Source: a virus
Lineage: Duplodnaviria; Caudoviricetes
Strand: one strand, 5' to 3'
Virus record (IMG/VR): IMGVR_UViG_3300025862_000008
Span: 1-42,971 of that record
Length of the DNA stretch: 42,971 nt
The notes under the pieces are model-generated. The model worked only from the letters and a program-made list of their open reading frames with translations, did not search any database and was not told the DNA's origin. A program made the position numbers and the translations under genes. The stretch's first letter is position 1, and every line of letters starts with the position of its first letter. This document shows, piece by piece, positions 27,956 through 35,164 of this stretch.

Positions 27956-27983
27956 GGCCCATTCAAGGGAGTGAAGCGGTTAC
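27956..27983 (-). repeat. motif B (GTAACCGCTTCACTCCCTTGAATGGGCC)
   Basis: 25/28 match; its TAA is the stop of the upstream gene. Confidence 0.8.
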
Positions 27984-28399
27984 GACTGGTGCGTGAGCAA
28001 AACCATGAACTTGTCGGCGCTCAGGTCTCCCGAACCCGTGAGTTGCGCGATGTGGCCGGCCACAGACACGGTTCCCTCGAAGTGGGTCGTGTCGGGGGCG
28101 CCCGTCGTCATGTTGATGACGGCAACAACGGTATCGCCGACTACGGCGCCCGCAACGGCGACCGAGGCAGGAGACGTTGCGCTGCCGACGAAGGCGCTCG
28201 GAAGCAAGGAAGCGGCGTTGAGCACCGGCAACCCAGCCTTGGTGATGCCGCCAGTGAAGCTGACGGGGGCCTGGAAGCTCCAGGATCCGTTAACGTCGCT
28301 GATCAGCGCGGTTTGGATCGCCCGGCCGCCGAAGGTGCGGGCCGAGAATCGAAATTTGGTGGGGAAGCCTGGGGTGGTGAGAATTACTGAACCGGCCAT
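27980..28399 (-). CDS. small virion (decoration-like) protein
   Basis: Strong SD AAGGAG; SVAVAGAVVGDTVVAV pattern; motif L upstream. Confidence 0.65.
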   Translation of the reverse strand: MAGSVILTTPGFPTKFRFSARTFGGRAIQTALISDVNGSWSFQAPVSFTGGITKAGLPVLNAASLLPSAFVGSATSPASVAVAGAVVGDTVVAVINMTTGAPDTTHFEGTVSVAGHIAQLTGSGDLSADKFMVLLTHQS

Positions 28400-28449
28400 T
28401 GTGTGTCTCCTTGACGGGGTTGGGGCGGGCCCGAGGTGGGCTCAAGGAG

Positions 28450-28456
28450 ATGATTG
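28450..28456 (-). promoter_or_regulatory. motif L
   Basis: Intergenic, about 50 nt before the SD-led gene at 28399. Confidence 0.6.
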
Positions 28457-28485
28457 CTAGCGCTACTGATGAGGTGATATTTACC

Positions 28486-28497
28486 CTATAGCGAACG
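28486..28497 (-). promoter_or_regulatory. motif A (no adjacent start codon)
   Basis: Exact copy 2 nt after the integrase stop. Confidence 0.75.
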
Positions 28498-28499
28498 CC

Positions 28500-29726
28500 C
28501 TAGTTGGCGGGCCGCAACTCCTCCGCTGCCACAGCCGGCGTCATAGTCGGAACCTCGCTCCGGATCCGACCACGGTCAGCGTCCGTGAATCGACCAGGTA
28601 CCAAATGCGCGTATTTTTCCGACACCAGAACGCTGGAATGACCCATGATTTCCTTCAATTTCTCCAGCGTTCCCCCGCCGAGGACCCACTGCGAAGCGAA
28701 GGTATGTCGCCCGGCCCTGTAGAATATCATCGGCTCGATCCTCAACTTGGCCAGGGTCTCCCGGAGGAGTCCACCGATAAGGTGCTCTCCCAAGAACCTT
28801 CTCCTGGGCCCCGACGTCGCGCCTCCGTTCATCCCCAAAATAGCTGGGCACACCAGGCCCATGGCGCCCGTAATCGTCTCATGTTTCTTGAGCAAGGGGT
28901 AGAGGGCGTCCAGGATGGGGACGACCCGACCTTCACGATCCTTTACCGGGGCCTTGCCATCCGCCGTGAGCCGGGACGCGATCTTGCCCTTGCGCCGCTG
29001 GGCCTGCTCTCTCACGACTATGGTTCGACGCTCCAGAGAGACATTTGACCAGTCCAGGGCTCGAATTTCAGATGTCCGGAGTCCCGCCAGAGCGCCAATT
29101 GCATACGCCAGGGCTACGGACGGATGCTGTATGAAGAGGGCGTCGTAGATGCGAAAGATGTCGCTCGGGTCCCGAATGAAGGGCACATCCCTGGGGTCGT
29201 GGTCGGATTTCATGTACTCGCGCCGGGTCTTCTTGGATAGCATCTTGGTTGGGTTCATCTTCGCGTGGCCGTCCTCGACGAGGTCGCTGTAGAAGGACGA
29301 CAGCAAGGCCATGCAGAGCTTCACAGTGGCTTTGCCTAGGCCCTTGGTGCGGAGGGCGGCCATTGAGGTTTTGAGCACGGAGACTTCGACCTCGTTTGGC
29401 GTCAGATCTCCGATGAGAGGCTTCAGGTGGTTGTTCCAGCGGCTAGCGTCATCGTAATGAGATTCGTGGGCGGTGCGGGCCGCGAGCCAGGTCACGGCTA
29501 GCTGCGACAGGGTCTCGACGTCAGTTCTGTGGCTCTCGCCGAGTCCGTATAGGCCGTCCTGGACCCGCTTGGTCGCCAGGGCGAGTAGTCGTTGGGCGGT
29601 GTCGAGGTCGGGGAGGGACTTGGTAACGCGCTTCCCGTCTACATTGTAGAACTGAATAATCGTACGATTGCCCACAGTCCTGATCGAACCTGCCCCGTGA
29701 GGTCTTCGTTTCTTTTTTCTTGCCAT
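28500..29726 (-). CDS. int: tyrosine recombinase / phage integrase
   Basis: Arm-binding start RRPHGAGSI; GLRTSEIRALDW, RHTFAS, IMGHSS, EKYAH. Confidence 0.95.
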   Translation of the reverse strand: MARKKKRRPHGAGSIRTVGNRTIIQFYNVDGKRVTKSLPDLDTAQRLLALATKRVQDGLYGLGESHRTDVETLSQLAVTWLAARTAHESHYDDASRWNNHLKPLIGDLTPNEVEVSVLKTSMAALRTKGLGKATVKLCMALLSSFYSDLVEDGHAKMNPTKMLSKKTRREYMKSDHDPRDVPFIRDPSDIFRIYDALFIQHPSVALAYAIGALAGLRTSEIRALDWSNVSLERRTIVVREQAQRRKGKIASRLTADGKAPVKDREGRVVPILDALYPLLKKHETITGAMGLVCPAILGMNGGATSGPRRRFLGEHLIGGLLRETLAKLRIEPMIFYRAGRHTFASQWVLGGGTLEKLKEIMGHSSVLVSEKYAHLVPGRFTDADRGRIRSEVPTMTPAVAAEELRPAN

Positions 29727-29735
29727 GACGTAGGA

Positions 29736-29747
29736 CTATAGCGAACC
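29736..29747 (-). promoter_or_regulatory. motif A variant (GGTTCGCTATAG) before the integrase
   Basis: 11/12 match; 9 nt to ATG 29726. Confidence 0.7.
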
Positions 29748-29796
29748 AGCCGCAATTGAGCAACTGATTTTTGGCCTAGATCAAATGGAAGGAGAC

Positions 29797-29808
29797 CGTT
29801 CGCTATAG
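29797..29808 (+). promoter_or_regulatory. motif A
   Basis: Exact copy; 7 nt to ATG 29816. Confidence 0.8.
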
Positions 29809-29815
29809 GCTGTTC

Positions 29816-30661
29816 ATGAGTCTCATCGTTGCTGTGATGTGCGTGCTGGCTTGGGAGACCGGGTTGGGCCTCGGGGCCGGCGGTGCCATCCACCTGCTCC
29901 TCGTGGGTGGCGTCGTCCTTCTTTTGTTCTGGATCCTCAATGCCCCGCCCAAAAATAAGGTGAAGATCCAGTCCGAGGCCGACTCCGACTCCCTGGAGAA
30001 GGCGCAGCAGCAGATCCGGGACCTGCAGGAGGCCCTCCGGTTCTGCGTGGACTGCGGCGACACGACCCGCGAACAACTGGAGCTGGCGGTCGCGCGAGCC
30101 GAGATGTTCAAGCGCCACAAAGAAGAAATCGTCGGTCGCGTAGAGGGGATCTTACACATGGCCCGCTGGATCCAGGACGACCGGGACGCGGCCGAGGCTG
30201 AGGTCATCCGTCTCAATGAGATGGTCGAGCGCCTGCGAGCGGTGTGGGCCAAGACCGGTAAGACGGCGGCTCTGCGACTCCAGGAAATAGAGCATTTTAC
30301 GGTCCAGATGGCCGGCATCAGCACCGCCGTCCTCGGTGGCACGAAGTACCCGGCGGTGCAAGGCCAGTACGGGTGGTCGGCGCCCTACCAGGACGTGCTC
30401 GACCTGCGGGCCAAGTACGACAGGCTCCGAACACTCATCAACACCGCAACGTCCCCTCACTGCGACCAAGACGTTCTCCATGCCCCCTCGCTCTGTGAGG
30501 TTTGCGACAAATTCGCCAAGCTGCAAGCGGACCGCTTGGAACGAAAGATCAACTTCACCGGAGGCACCAGGGAGGGCTTCGCACCGTGCCCATCCGATGA
30601 GCGCCGAGGGCGTGGAGTGGCCGAGAAGTGGCACGGCAATCGAGCCACGAGCGGCAAATGA
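29816..30661 (+). CDS. membrane-anchored coiled-coil protein with Cys/His C-terminal domain
   Basis: Two N-terminal hydrophobic helices; PHCDQDVLHAPSLCEVCD. Confidence 0.7.
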   Translation: MSLIVAVMCVLAWETGLGLGAGGAIHLLLVGGVVLLLFWILNAPPKNKVKIQSEADSDSLEKAQQQIRDLQEALRFCVDCGDTTREQLELAVARAEMFKRHKEEIVGRVEGILHMARWIQDDRDAAEAEVIRLNEMVERLRAVWAKTGKTAALRLQEIEHFTVQMAGISTAVLGGTKYPAVQGQYGWSAPYQDVLDLRAKYDRLRTLINTATSPHCDQDVLHAPSLCEVCDKFAKLQADRLERKINFTGGTREGFAPCPSDERRGRGVAEKWHGNRATSGK

Positions 30662-31005
30662 TCAAAGAGGCGGCCCGCATGAATGCGCTGGCCATCGCCA
30701 CCGTGATGGAGTCGGTACTCTCGATCCCGGCAGCCCTTGAAGCCATGGCCGGAGAGATTGCCGAGCTGCGTCGTCAGATCTCGGTCCTGCAGGCGGTCCA
30801 GCCGCTGGCGATCGTCACTGTTCCAGAGGCCGCTGAACGCCTAGGTGTAACGCAGAGAACGGTGCGACGGATGCTCAAGACGGGGCGCCTGAAGTCCGTC
30901 CGCATCGGGAACCGGGTCCGAGTGGACCTGAGCACGATCCAATCAGCCCTTTTGATGACGGTCGACAGTGTTTTTGGTGTTGACGCCAAAACTGAGCCCG
31001 CGTAG
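30658..31005 (+). CDS. excisionase-family helix-turn-helix protein
   Basis: VTVPEAAERLGVTQRTVRRMLKTGRLKSVRIGNRVRV; ATGA overlap. Confidence 0.88.
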   Translation: MIKEAARMNALAIATVMESVLSIPAALEAMAGEIAELRRQISVLQAVQPLAIVTVPEAAERLGVTQRTVRRMLKTGRLKSVRIGNRVRVDLSTIQSALLMTVDSVFGVDAKTEPA

Positions 31006-31008
31006 TAT
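30980..31008 (+). promoter_or_regulatory. sigma70-type promoter, leaderless
   Basis: TTGACG-N17-TAGTAT, then 7 nt to ATG 31016; an inverted repeat (TTTTGGTGT/ACGCCAAAA) overlaps the -35. Confidence 0.7.
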
Positions 31009-31015
31009 CAAAACT

Positions 31016-31189
31016 ATGAATTTCTACGTAACCTGGATGACCACAAGCAAGATCCCGCTTCAGGAAAGGATCGGGCCCTTCCTCATTCGCGAGATGGCCG
31101 TGCGCGAGGTGGACTTCGTGCTAACGGACCCCCGGATCCGGGTGACCGACATCGACATCGAGACCATAGAGGAGAGCATTCATGGATAA
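31016..31189 (+). CDS. small hypothetical protein
   Basis: MNFYVTWMTTSKIPLQERIGPF... Confidence 0.6.
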   Translation: MNFYVTWMTTSKIPLQERIGPFLIREMAVREVDFVLTDPRIRVTDIDIETIEESIHG

Positions 31190-31216
31190 AAACAGCTTCA
31201 CGCCCTTGAATGGGAC
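31189..31216 (+). repeat. motif B (AAAACAGCTTCACGCCCTTGAATGGGAC)
   Basis: 26/28 match, directly at a stop codon. Confidence 0.85.
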
Positions 31217-31295
31217 GGATGGGAACCGCGCACAGCCGAATCCCGTGTTCGGCCATGGGCGCGAATCAAAATCGACGCTGCCTTAAACAGATCCG

Positions 31296-31727
31296 ATGCG
31301 ACTCCAACCCAACAGCTATACCTGCGGTCCGACGGCACTGTCGAACTGCCTGTACGCGCTCACGGGCAAGCGCTATTCCGTCGACGGGATCGCGAAGCAT
31401 GCGGGGACAACCCCTAAGGAAGGCACGTCCCAGTATGGGCTACGGCAGGCGGTTGAGCGTCTAGGGTTTGTCCACAGCGAGCTGACGGCAGGCTTCGGCC
31501 AGGCATTCCAGCACCTCCAGGACTGGCTTGCCGATGGAGGCGTCGCGCTCATCTCCACCGAAGCTGCGGACCACTGGGAGTCGGTGATCGCAAAGGTCGG
31601 CCCAAGGCTCCTGATCTTTGACTCGTGGCCGAAAGGTGGGGGGTTGCGGTCCTTGTCCAAAACGCAGATGAAGATCCACTGGGCGGCAGGAGGGGACGGT
31701 CGATACGCCATACTCATAAAGCGCTGA
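31296..31727 (+). CDS. C39-like cysteine peptidase
   Basis: QPNSYTCGPTAL (Q...C), GTS, DHW (His), IFDS (Asp). Confidence 0.8.
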   Translation: MRLQPNSYTCGPTALSNCLYALTGKRYSVDGIAKHAGTTPKEGTSQYGLRQAVERLGFVHSELTAGFGQAFQHLQDWLADGGVALISTEAADHWESVIAKVGPRLLIFDSWPKGGGLRSLSKTQMKIHWAAGGDGRYAILIKR

Positions 31728-31750
31728 CCACGCAGTCTGCGGCCCGGGAC

Positions 31751-31762
31751 CGTTCGCTATAG
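31751..31762 (+). promoter_or_regulatory. motif A
   Basis: Exact copy; 8 nt to ATG 31771. Confidence 0.8.
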
Positions 31763-31770
31763 ACAGGTAG

Positions 31771-31878
31771 ATGCACGACCTCCTCAGCCTCTGGGCGTGC
31801 AACATATTCCTGGTCATCCCCGTAATTGTGGCCTGGGAATTCGTCAAATGGCTGTGGGCTGGGATCGGCAAATGGTGA
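31771..31878 (+). CDS. 35-aa membrane peptide (not in ORF track)
   Basis: MHDLLSLWACNIFLVIPVIVAWEFVKWLWAGIGKW. Confidence 0.6.
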   Translation: MHDLLSLWACNIFLVIPVIVAWEFVKWLWAGIGKW

Positions 31879-31891
31879 GGGAGGAGAAAGA

Positions 31892-32407
31892 GTGAAACGC
31901 TCAATCGAGTTGTGGCTGCGCGAAGCCGTAAGGGGATTCGGCGGTAGACTGGTCAACAGCATGCCGAGGGTGGGGCCGAACGGATCGGCCTCGATCTCGT
32001 TAGCCCCATTCGCTTCCCTTGAACTGGCGGTCAATTACGAGAAGAAAATCATATACTTCCATGACAAAGCTACGTGGCCAAACGTGCTCCACGAAATCGC
32101 CCACGTGTTCGCTTCGCGCCAAGCCCCCGATGAGTCTGAGGAATTCTCATTCCTTTATTGGGAATGGGCGCTGGCCCAGACGGTCCCGAACGGGGTAGAG
32201 GAATGGGTAGAGGCCAACCGTGAGTACGCGCTATATACGGGGGACGAGATCGGAATGGTCTCCCGGGAAGTGTTGCTAAGCGAATTGTCCAAGGCCAAGA
32301 CCAAGGGCGAGACGATCGGCAATATCGTGGGGGGACAACCGGTTTCAGTACGGTACGGACATGGGCGTGGGCAAGTGTTCCCGTCGTTCTCTGCGGCACT
32401 CAGTTAG
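31892..32407 (+). CDS. HExxH zinc-metallopeptidase-like protein
   Basis: SD GGAGG, GTG start; VLHEIAHVF followed by an acidic EE. Confidence 0.6.
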   Translation: MKRSIELWLREAVRGFGGRLVNSMPRVGPNGSASISLAPFASLELAVNYEKKIIYFHDKATWPNVLHEIAHVFASRQAPDESEEFSFLYWEWALAQTVPNGVEEWVEANREYALYTGDEIGMVSREVLLSELSKAKTKGETIGNIVGGQPVSVRYGHGRGQVFPSFSAALS

Positions 32408-32411
32408 TGGG

Positions 32412-32423
32412 CGTCCGCTATAG
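32412..32423 (+). promoter_or_regulatory. motif A variant (CGTCCGCTATAG)
   Basis: 11/12 match plus GTAGATC spacer and GTG 32431; the next motif A starts only 56 nt later. Confidence 0.65.
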
Positions 32424-32467
32424 GTAGATCGTGTGCCTGCTCAAGAGCTTTGTACTTGAGACAGACT

Positions 32468-32479
32468 CGTTCGCTATAG
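32468..32479 (+). promoter_or_regulatory. motif A
   Basis: Exact copy; 6 nt to GTG 32486. Confidence 0.8.
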
Positions 32480-32485
32480 ACAGGT

Positions 32486-32860
32486 GTGGAAGCAGGCGCC
32501 CTTCTGTTCGATACTGAGACAGTCATCGCCCGAGTCCGCGCCGGTATCAAGCGGATGCAGCTACCGGGAATCTGCCACTCCGTGAAGTTCGCGGCTTCCA
32601 TGCGGCTCCGTTTGTTCGCAGCCAAAGGAGTTACGTGCGTGGACTGCGGGATCCGGGGTGCGGTATTCGCGTTGGAATTCAAAACGCTGCCGACGCCGCA
32701 CCTCAATCTGTACACGAAGAACGGGATCTTGATGACGATGGACCACATCCGTCCACGTTCCAAAGGGGGTCCGCATCAGCTCGGCAACCTCCAGGTCATG
32801 TGTTCGCCCTGCAATGCCAGCAAGGGCGACGCCTGGAATCCGGCCAAGCTCGCTGCGTAG
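32486..32860 (+). CDS. HNH endonuclease
   Basis: CVDCG...MTMDHIRPRSKGG...NLQVMCSPCNASKG. Confidence 0.92.
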   Translation: MEAGALLFDTETVIARVRAGIKRMQLPGICHSVKFAASMRLRLFAAKGVTCVDCGIRGAVFALEFKTLPTPHLNLYTKNGILMTMDHIRPRSKGGPHQLGNLQVMCSPCNASKGDAWNPAKLAA

Positions 32861-32861
32861 G

Positions 32862-32873
32862 CGTTCGCTATAG
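32862..32873 (+). promoter_or_regulatory. motif A
   Basis: Exact copy 1 nt after a stop; 7 nt to ATG 32881. Confidence 0.8.
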
Positions 32874-32880
32874 GCAGATC

Positions 32881-33048
32881 ATGGGCAATCTCATCCGGAT
32901 TAAAAAGGACGACCCCGCCTACGACCGAGCCTTCAAGCACGGAGCGGCCTTTGCGTTCCTCTTGTACGCGGTCATGTCATTGGCGTGGCACGATGCCATC
33001 AACGCCGCTACCTGCTTCGGTGCCGCCATCGCCATGGCGATCGTCTAA
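32881..33048 (+). CDS. 55-aa membrane protein
   Basis: MGNLIRIKKDD...AFAFLLYAVMSLAW...FGAAIAMAIV; bounded by two motif A copies. Confidence 0.65.
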   Translation: MGNLIRIKKDDPAYDRAFKHGAAFAFLLYAVMSLAWHDAINAATCFGAAIAMAIV

Positions 33049-33052
33049 TCCT

Positions 33053-33064
33053 CGTTCGCTATAG
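33053..33064 (+). promoter_or_regulatory. motif A
   Basis: Exact copy; 7 nt to ATG 33072. Confidence 0.8.
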
Positions 33065-33071
33065 GTTGATC

Positions 33072-33524
33072 ATGAGACGCCCCGAGAACTGCGTCGACTC
33101 CGCCAACGACCGTCATGACTGCGGACGGAGCTGTTACGTAGAGATCATCAGCCGTGGGCCGCCCGACCGCTCCCTAGGCGAAATCTTGAGGGATCCGCCC
33201 AAGCTAAGCCTCAAAACTCCCCACCACAAAAAAGAAGAGACCATGACCCAGGTTCAATACGAAACCGAAATCGAGCGCCTGGAGATAGCGATAAAGCTGC
33301 TCGAAGCCGAGAGGCGCGTTCTCACGAACCTCGCCTTTGATATCCATAAGCTCTGCCCGCGCAGTGAGCCCGATAAGCGAACAGCACACGACTGGACTGT
33401 GATCCGCGCTGACTCTCTCGTTGTCTTCGGGGGCGACGACGTCCGCTCCGCAGATTTCGAGTGCATCGGGTGCGGGGCCACCATGAGCATCTGCGATGCG
33501 CAGTACAAGGTTGGCGGTGGATAG
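33072..33524 (+). CDS. hypothetical Cys-containing protein (possible internal start at 33243)
   Basis: Start at motif A spacing; FECIGCG. Confidence 0.55.
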   Translation: MRRPENCVDSANDRHDCGRSCYVEIISRGPPDRSLGEILRDPPKLSLKTPHHKKEETMTQVQYETEIERLEIAIKLLEAERRVLTNLAFDIHKLCPRSEPDKRTAHDWTVIRADSLVVFGGDDVRSADFECIGCGATMSICDAQYKVGGG

Positions 33525-33855
33525 CAGCTTCTTCGGGCTCGACCTGCAGGTGGGCGATCCCCGGCTGAACGGGACAGTTATCACCGGCGGCGGCGCGCTC
33601 ACGCCCGAGATCCTCGACGAGGTATTCCAGCGGATTCTCAACGCGCCTCCACCGATCCCCTGCGGCTGCAAAGGCAACCCACACCTCGTGCGCCCATGGC
33701 CGATCGGCGAGATCACCTACTGCATCCAGTGCGGGTACCTCTGCGTGCAGGAGGGGGCTGGCTACAGGGACCTGAACGAGCAGGAAAAGAAGCTGATGGG
33801 AGACGCGTTCAAGTCGCTAATGGACAAGAGCACTCGTCGCAAACGGAAGCGCTGA
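33517..33855 (+). CDS. zinc-ribbon hypothetical protein
   Basis: CGC...YCIQCG; stop abuts motif A. Confidence 0.6.
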   Translation: MDSSFFGLDLQVGDPRLNGTVITGGGALTPEILDEVFQRILNAPPPIPCGCKGNPHLVRPWPIGEITYCIQCGYLCVQEGAGYRDLNEQEKKLMGDAFKSLMDKSTRRKRKR

Positions 33856-33867
33856 CGTTCGCTATAG
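33856..33867 (+). promoter_or_regulatory. motif A
   Basis: Exact copy; followed by motif B instead of ATG. Confidence 0.8.
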
Positions 33868-33875
33868 ACAGATCA

Positions 33876-33955
33876 GTAACAGCTTCATGCCCTTGAATAG
33901 GATGTAGAAAAGGATTTTCTTGCTCATGCAACAGCTTCACGCCCTTGGATGGGAC
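33876..33955 (+). repeat. tandem motif B pair (33876-33903 and 33928-33955) with a 24-nt spacer
   Basis: GTAACAGCTTCATGCCCTTGAATAGGAT and GCAACAGCTTCACGCCCTTGGATGGGAC; the second is followed immediately by ATG. Confidence 0.85.
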
Positions 33956-34243
33956 ATGGTGAACATTTCTTGCTGCGACAGAACGTGTGGGGTGGTCTTT
34001 GGGATGCCGACTCACATCTACGAGCAGGCCAAGGAAAAGGGCAAGGACCGCTCCTTCTACTGCCCGAACGGGCACGTGCAGTGGTTCGCCGAATCCGAAC
34101 AGGACCGACTGCGGAAGCAGGTAGAGAGCGCGGAAGCGGGGTTGAATCGCTGGCGCGAGAACTACGACAGCGAGCGCAAGGGCCGCATCTACTGGCAAGG
34201 GCAAGCTCACCGCAAGCCGAAAACCAAGACCAATGGCAAGTAA
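33956..34243 (+). CDS. zinc-binding coiled-coil hypothetical protein
   Basis: CCDRTCGVVF...FYCPNGH; alternative start at 33926. Confidence 0.7.
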   Translation: MVNISCCDRTCGVVFGMPTHIYEQAKEKGKDRSFYCPNGHVQWFAESEQDRLRKQVESAEAGLNRWRENYDSERKGRIYWQGQAHRKPKTKTNGK

Positions 34244-34709
34244 TACCGAGCAGGAATTCGACGCCGTCGGCCGCGGCTACTGGAATTGCCCGGGCATGGA
34301 CACTCAAGGCAGCTCGAACGACGCCGATCGGCACCTCCACGAGGAGCGCCACCCGTCCACCGAAGTCGCCGCGAACCTGATCTCGTCCCTGTGCAAGGAC
34401 GGGCTCCATCGGCCCGTTCTCGACTTCGATTTCCCGGCCCGTTACGTGCCGTCGAGCACGCCCGGCCACGGACACCTTTACATCGACCGGCAGATTTGCT
34501 GGGACTCCTACGAGAAGCTGCTGCTGGCCATGGAGGAGTGCTGCTTGCTGGAGCCGGGGTACGTAACCGCTGCCATCGAGCGCAAGGCAACCTTCGTGCG
34601 ACCCGAATGGATCAGAAAGCCGGGTCCTCCGCTGCCGGCGTCTCCGGCGAGCCCCGACTACGATCTGGTGGATCTCTTGGAAGAGGCTGGCGCATATGAA
34701 AACTCGTGA
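34233..34709 (+). CDS. hypothetical protein with primase-polymerase-like motifs
   Basis: HRPVLDFD (DxD) and SSTPGHGHLYI (SxxGxH-like). Confidence 0.5.
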   Translation: MASNTEQEFDAVGRGYWNCPGMDTQGSSNDADRHLHEERHPSTEVAANLISSLCKDGLHRPVLDFDFPARYVPSSTPGHGHLYIDRQICWDSYEKLLLAMEECCLLEPGYVTAAIERKATFVRPEWIRKPGPPLPASPASPDYDLVDLLEEAGAYENS

Positions 34710-34966
34710 GGCATGCACACGCCTGAAGGTTGCCGCAGCGGAAGGAGAACAGGTACCCAGGCTTCGACTCCCTTTTGCGAATGGAACTGGACGACCTGGC
34801 AGAGGACCGAGACTGCGTCGATAACTATCGCATCGCCGACGTCAGCAAGAGGAAGGATATGCGTCGGTACCGGAAGCAGCGGGACAGCGGCTGCTGCGGC
34901 TCCGTCGACAAAGAGGTCTCGATCATGGGGCGGAAATTCATGATCGGCATCAACTTCGGGCACTAG
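34696..34966 (+). CDS. hypothetical protein, probable frameshift near 34728
   Basis: MKTREACTRLK joins LPQRKENRYPG...GCCGSVD...INFGH if one G is removed. Confidence 0.5.
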
Positions 34967-34968
34967 GG

Positions 34969-34980
34969 CGTTCGCTATAG
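34969..34980 (+). promoter_or_regulatory. motif A
   Basis: Exact copy; 7 nt to ATG 34988. Confidence 0.8.
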
Positions 34981-34987
34981 GCTGAGC

Positions 34988-35164
34988 ATGGGCGACAAAA
35001 AACTACCAATGGTTTGGTGTTCGCCGCAGTACCTGCGTGATGTGATGGCGGCGAAGACGTCCTCCGGGCGGCAATTTCTGCTGGCATGGCAGGAGGCCTC
35101 AGCGCGGGCCATTTGGCGAGCATCCATATTCGCGGGCGCACCGCCAACGAAGGGGAATCCATGA
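34988..35164 (+). CDS. 58-aa hypothetical protein (not in ORF track)
   Basis: MGDKKLPMVWCSPQYLRD...; ATGA overlap with the next gene. Confidence 0.6.
   Translation: MGDKKLPMVWCSPQYLRDVMAAKTSSGRQFLLAWQEASARAIWRASIFAGAPPTKGNP

Larger units (their letters stand above)
27787..27983 (-). ncRNA. candidate structured RNA
   Basis: Three hairpins plus a closing stem; stem mismatches become G-U pairs on the minus strand; starts with motif B. Confidence 0.35.

Noticed and set aside
28460-28497. Hammerhead at CTGATGAG
   Set aside because: No GAAA after the putative stem II
33876-33955. Canonical CRISPR array
   Set aside because: Only two imperfect repeats with a 24-nt spacer, other copies are dispersed singly, and there are no cas genes in the window
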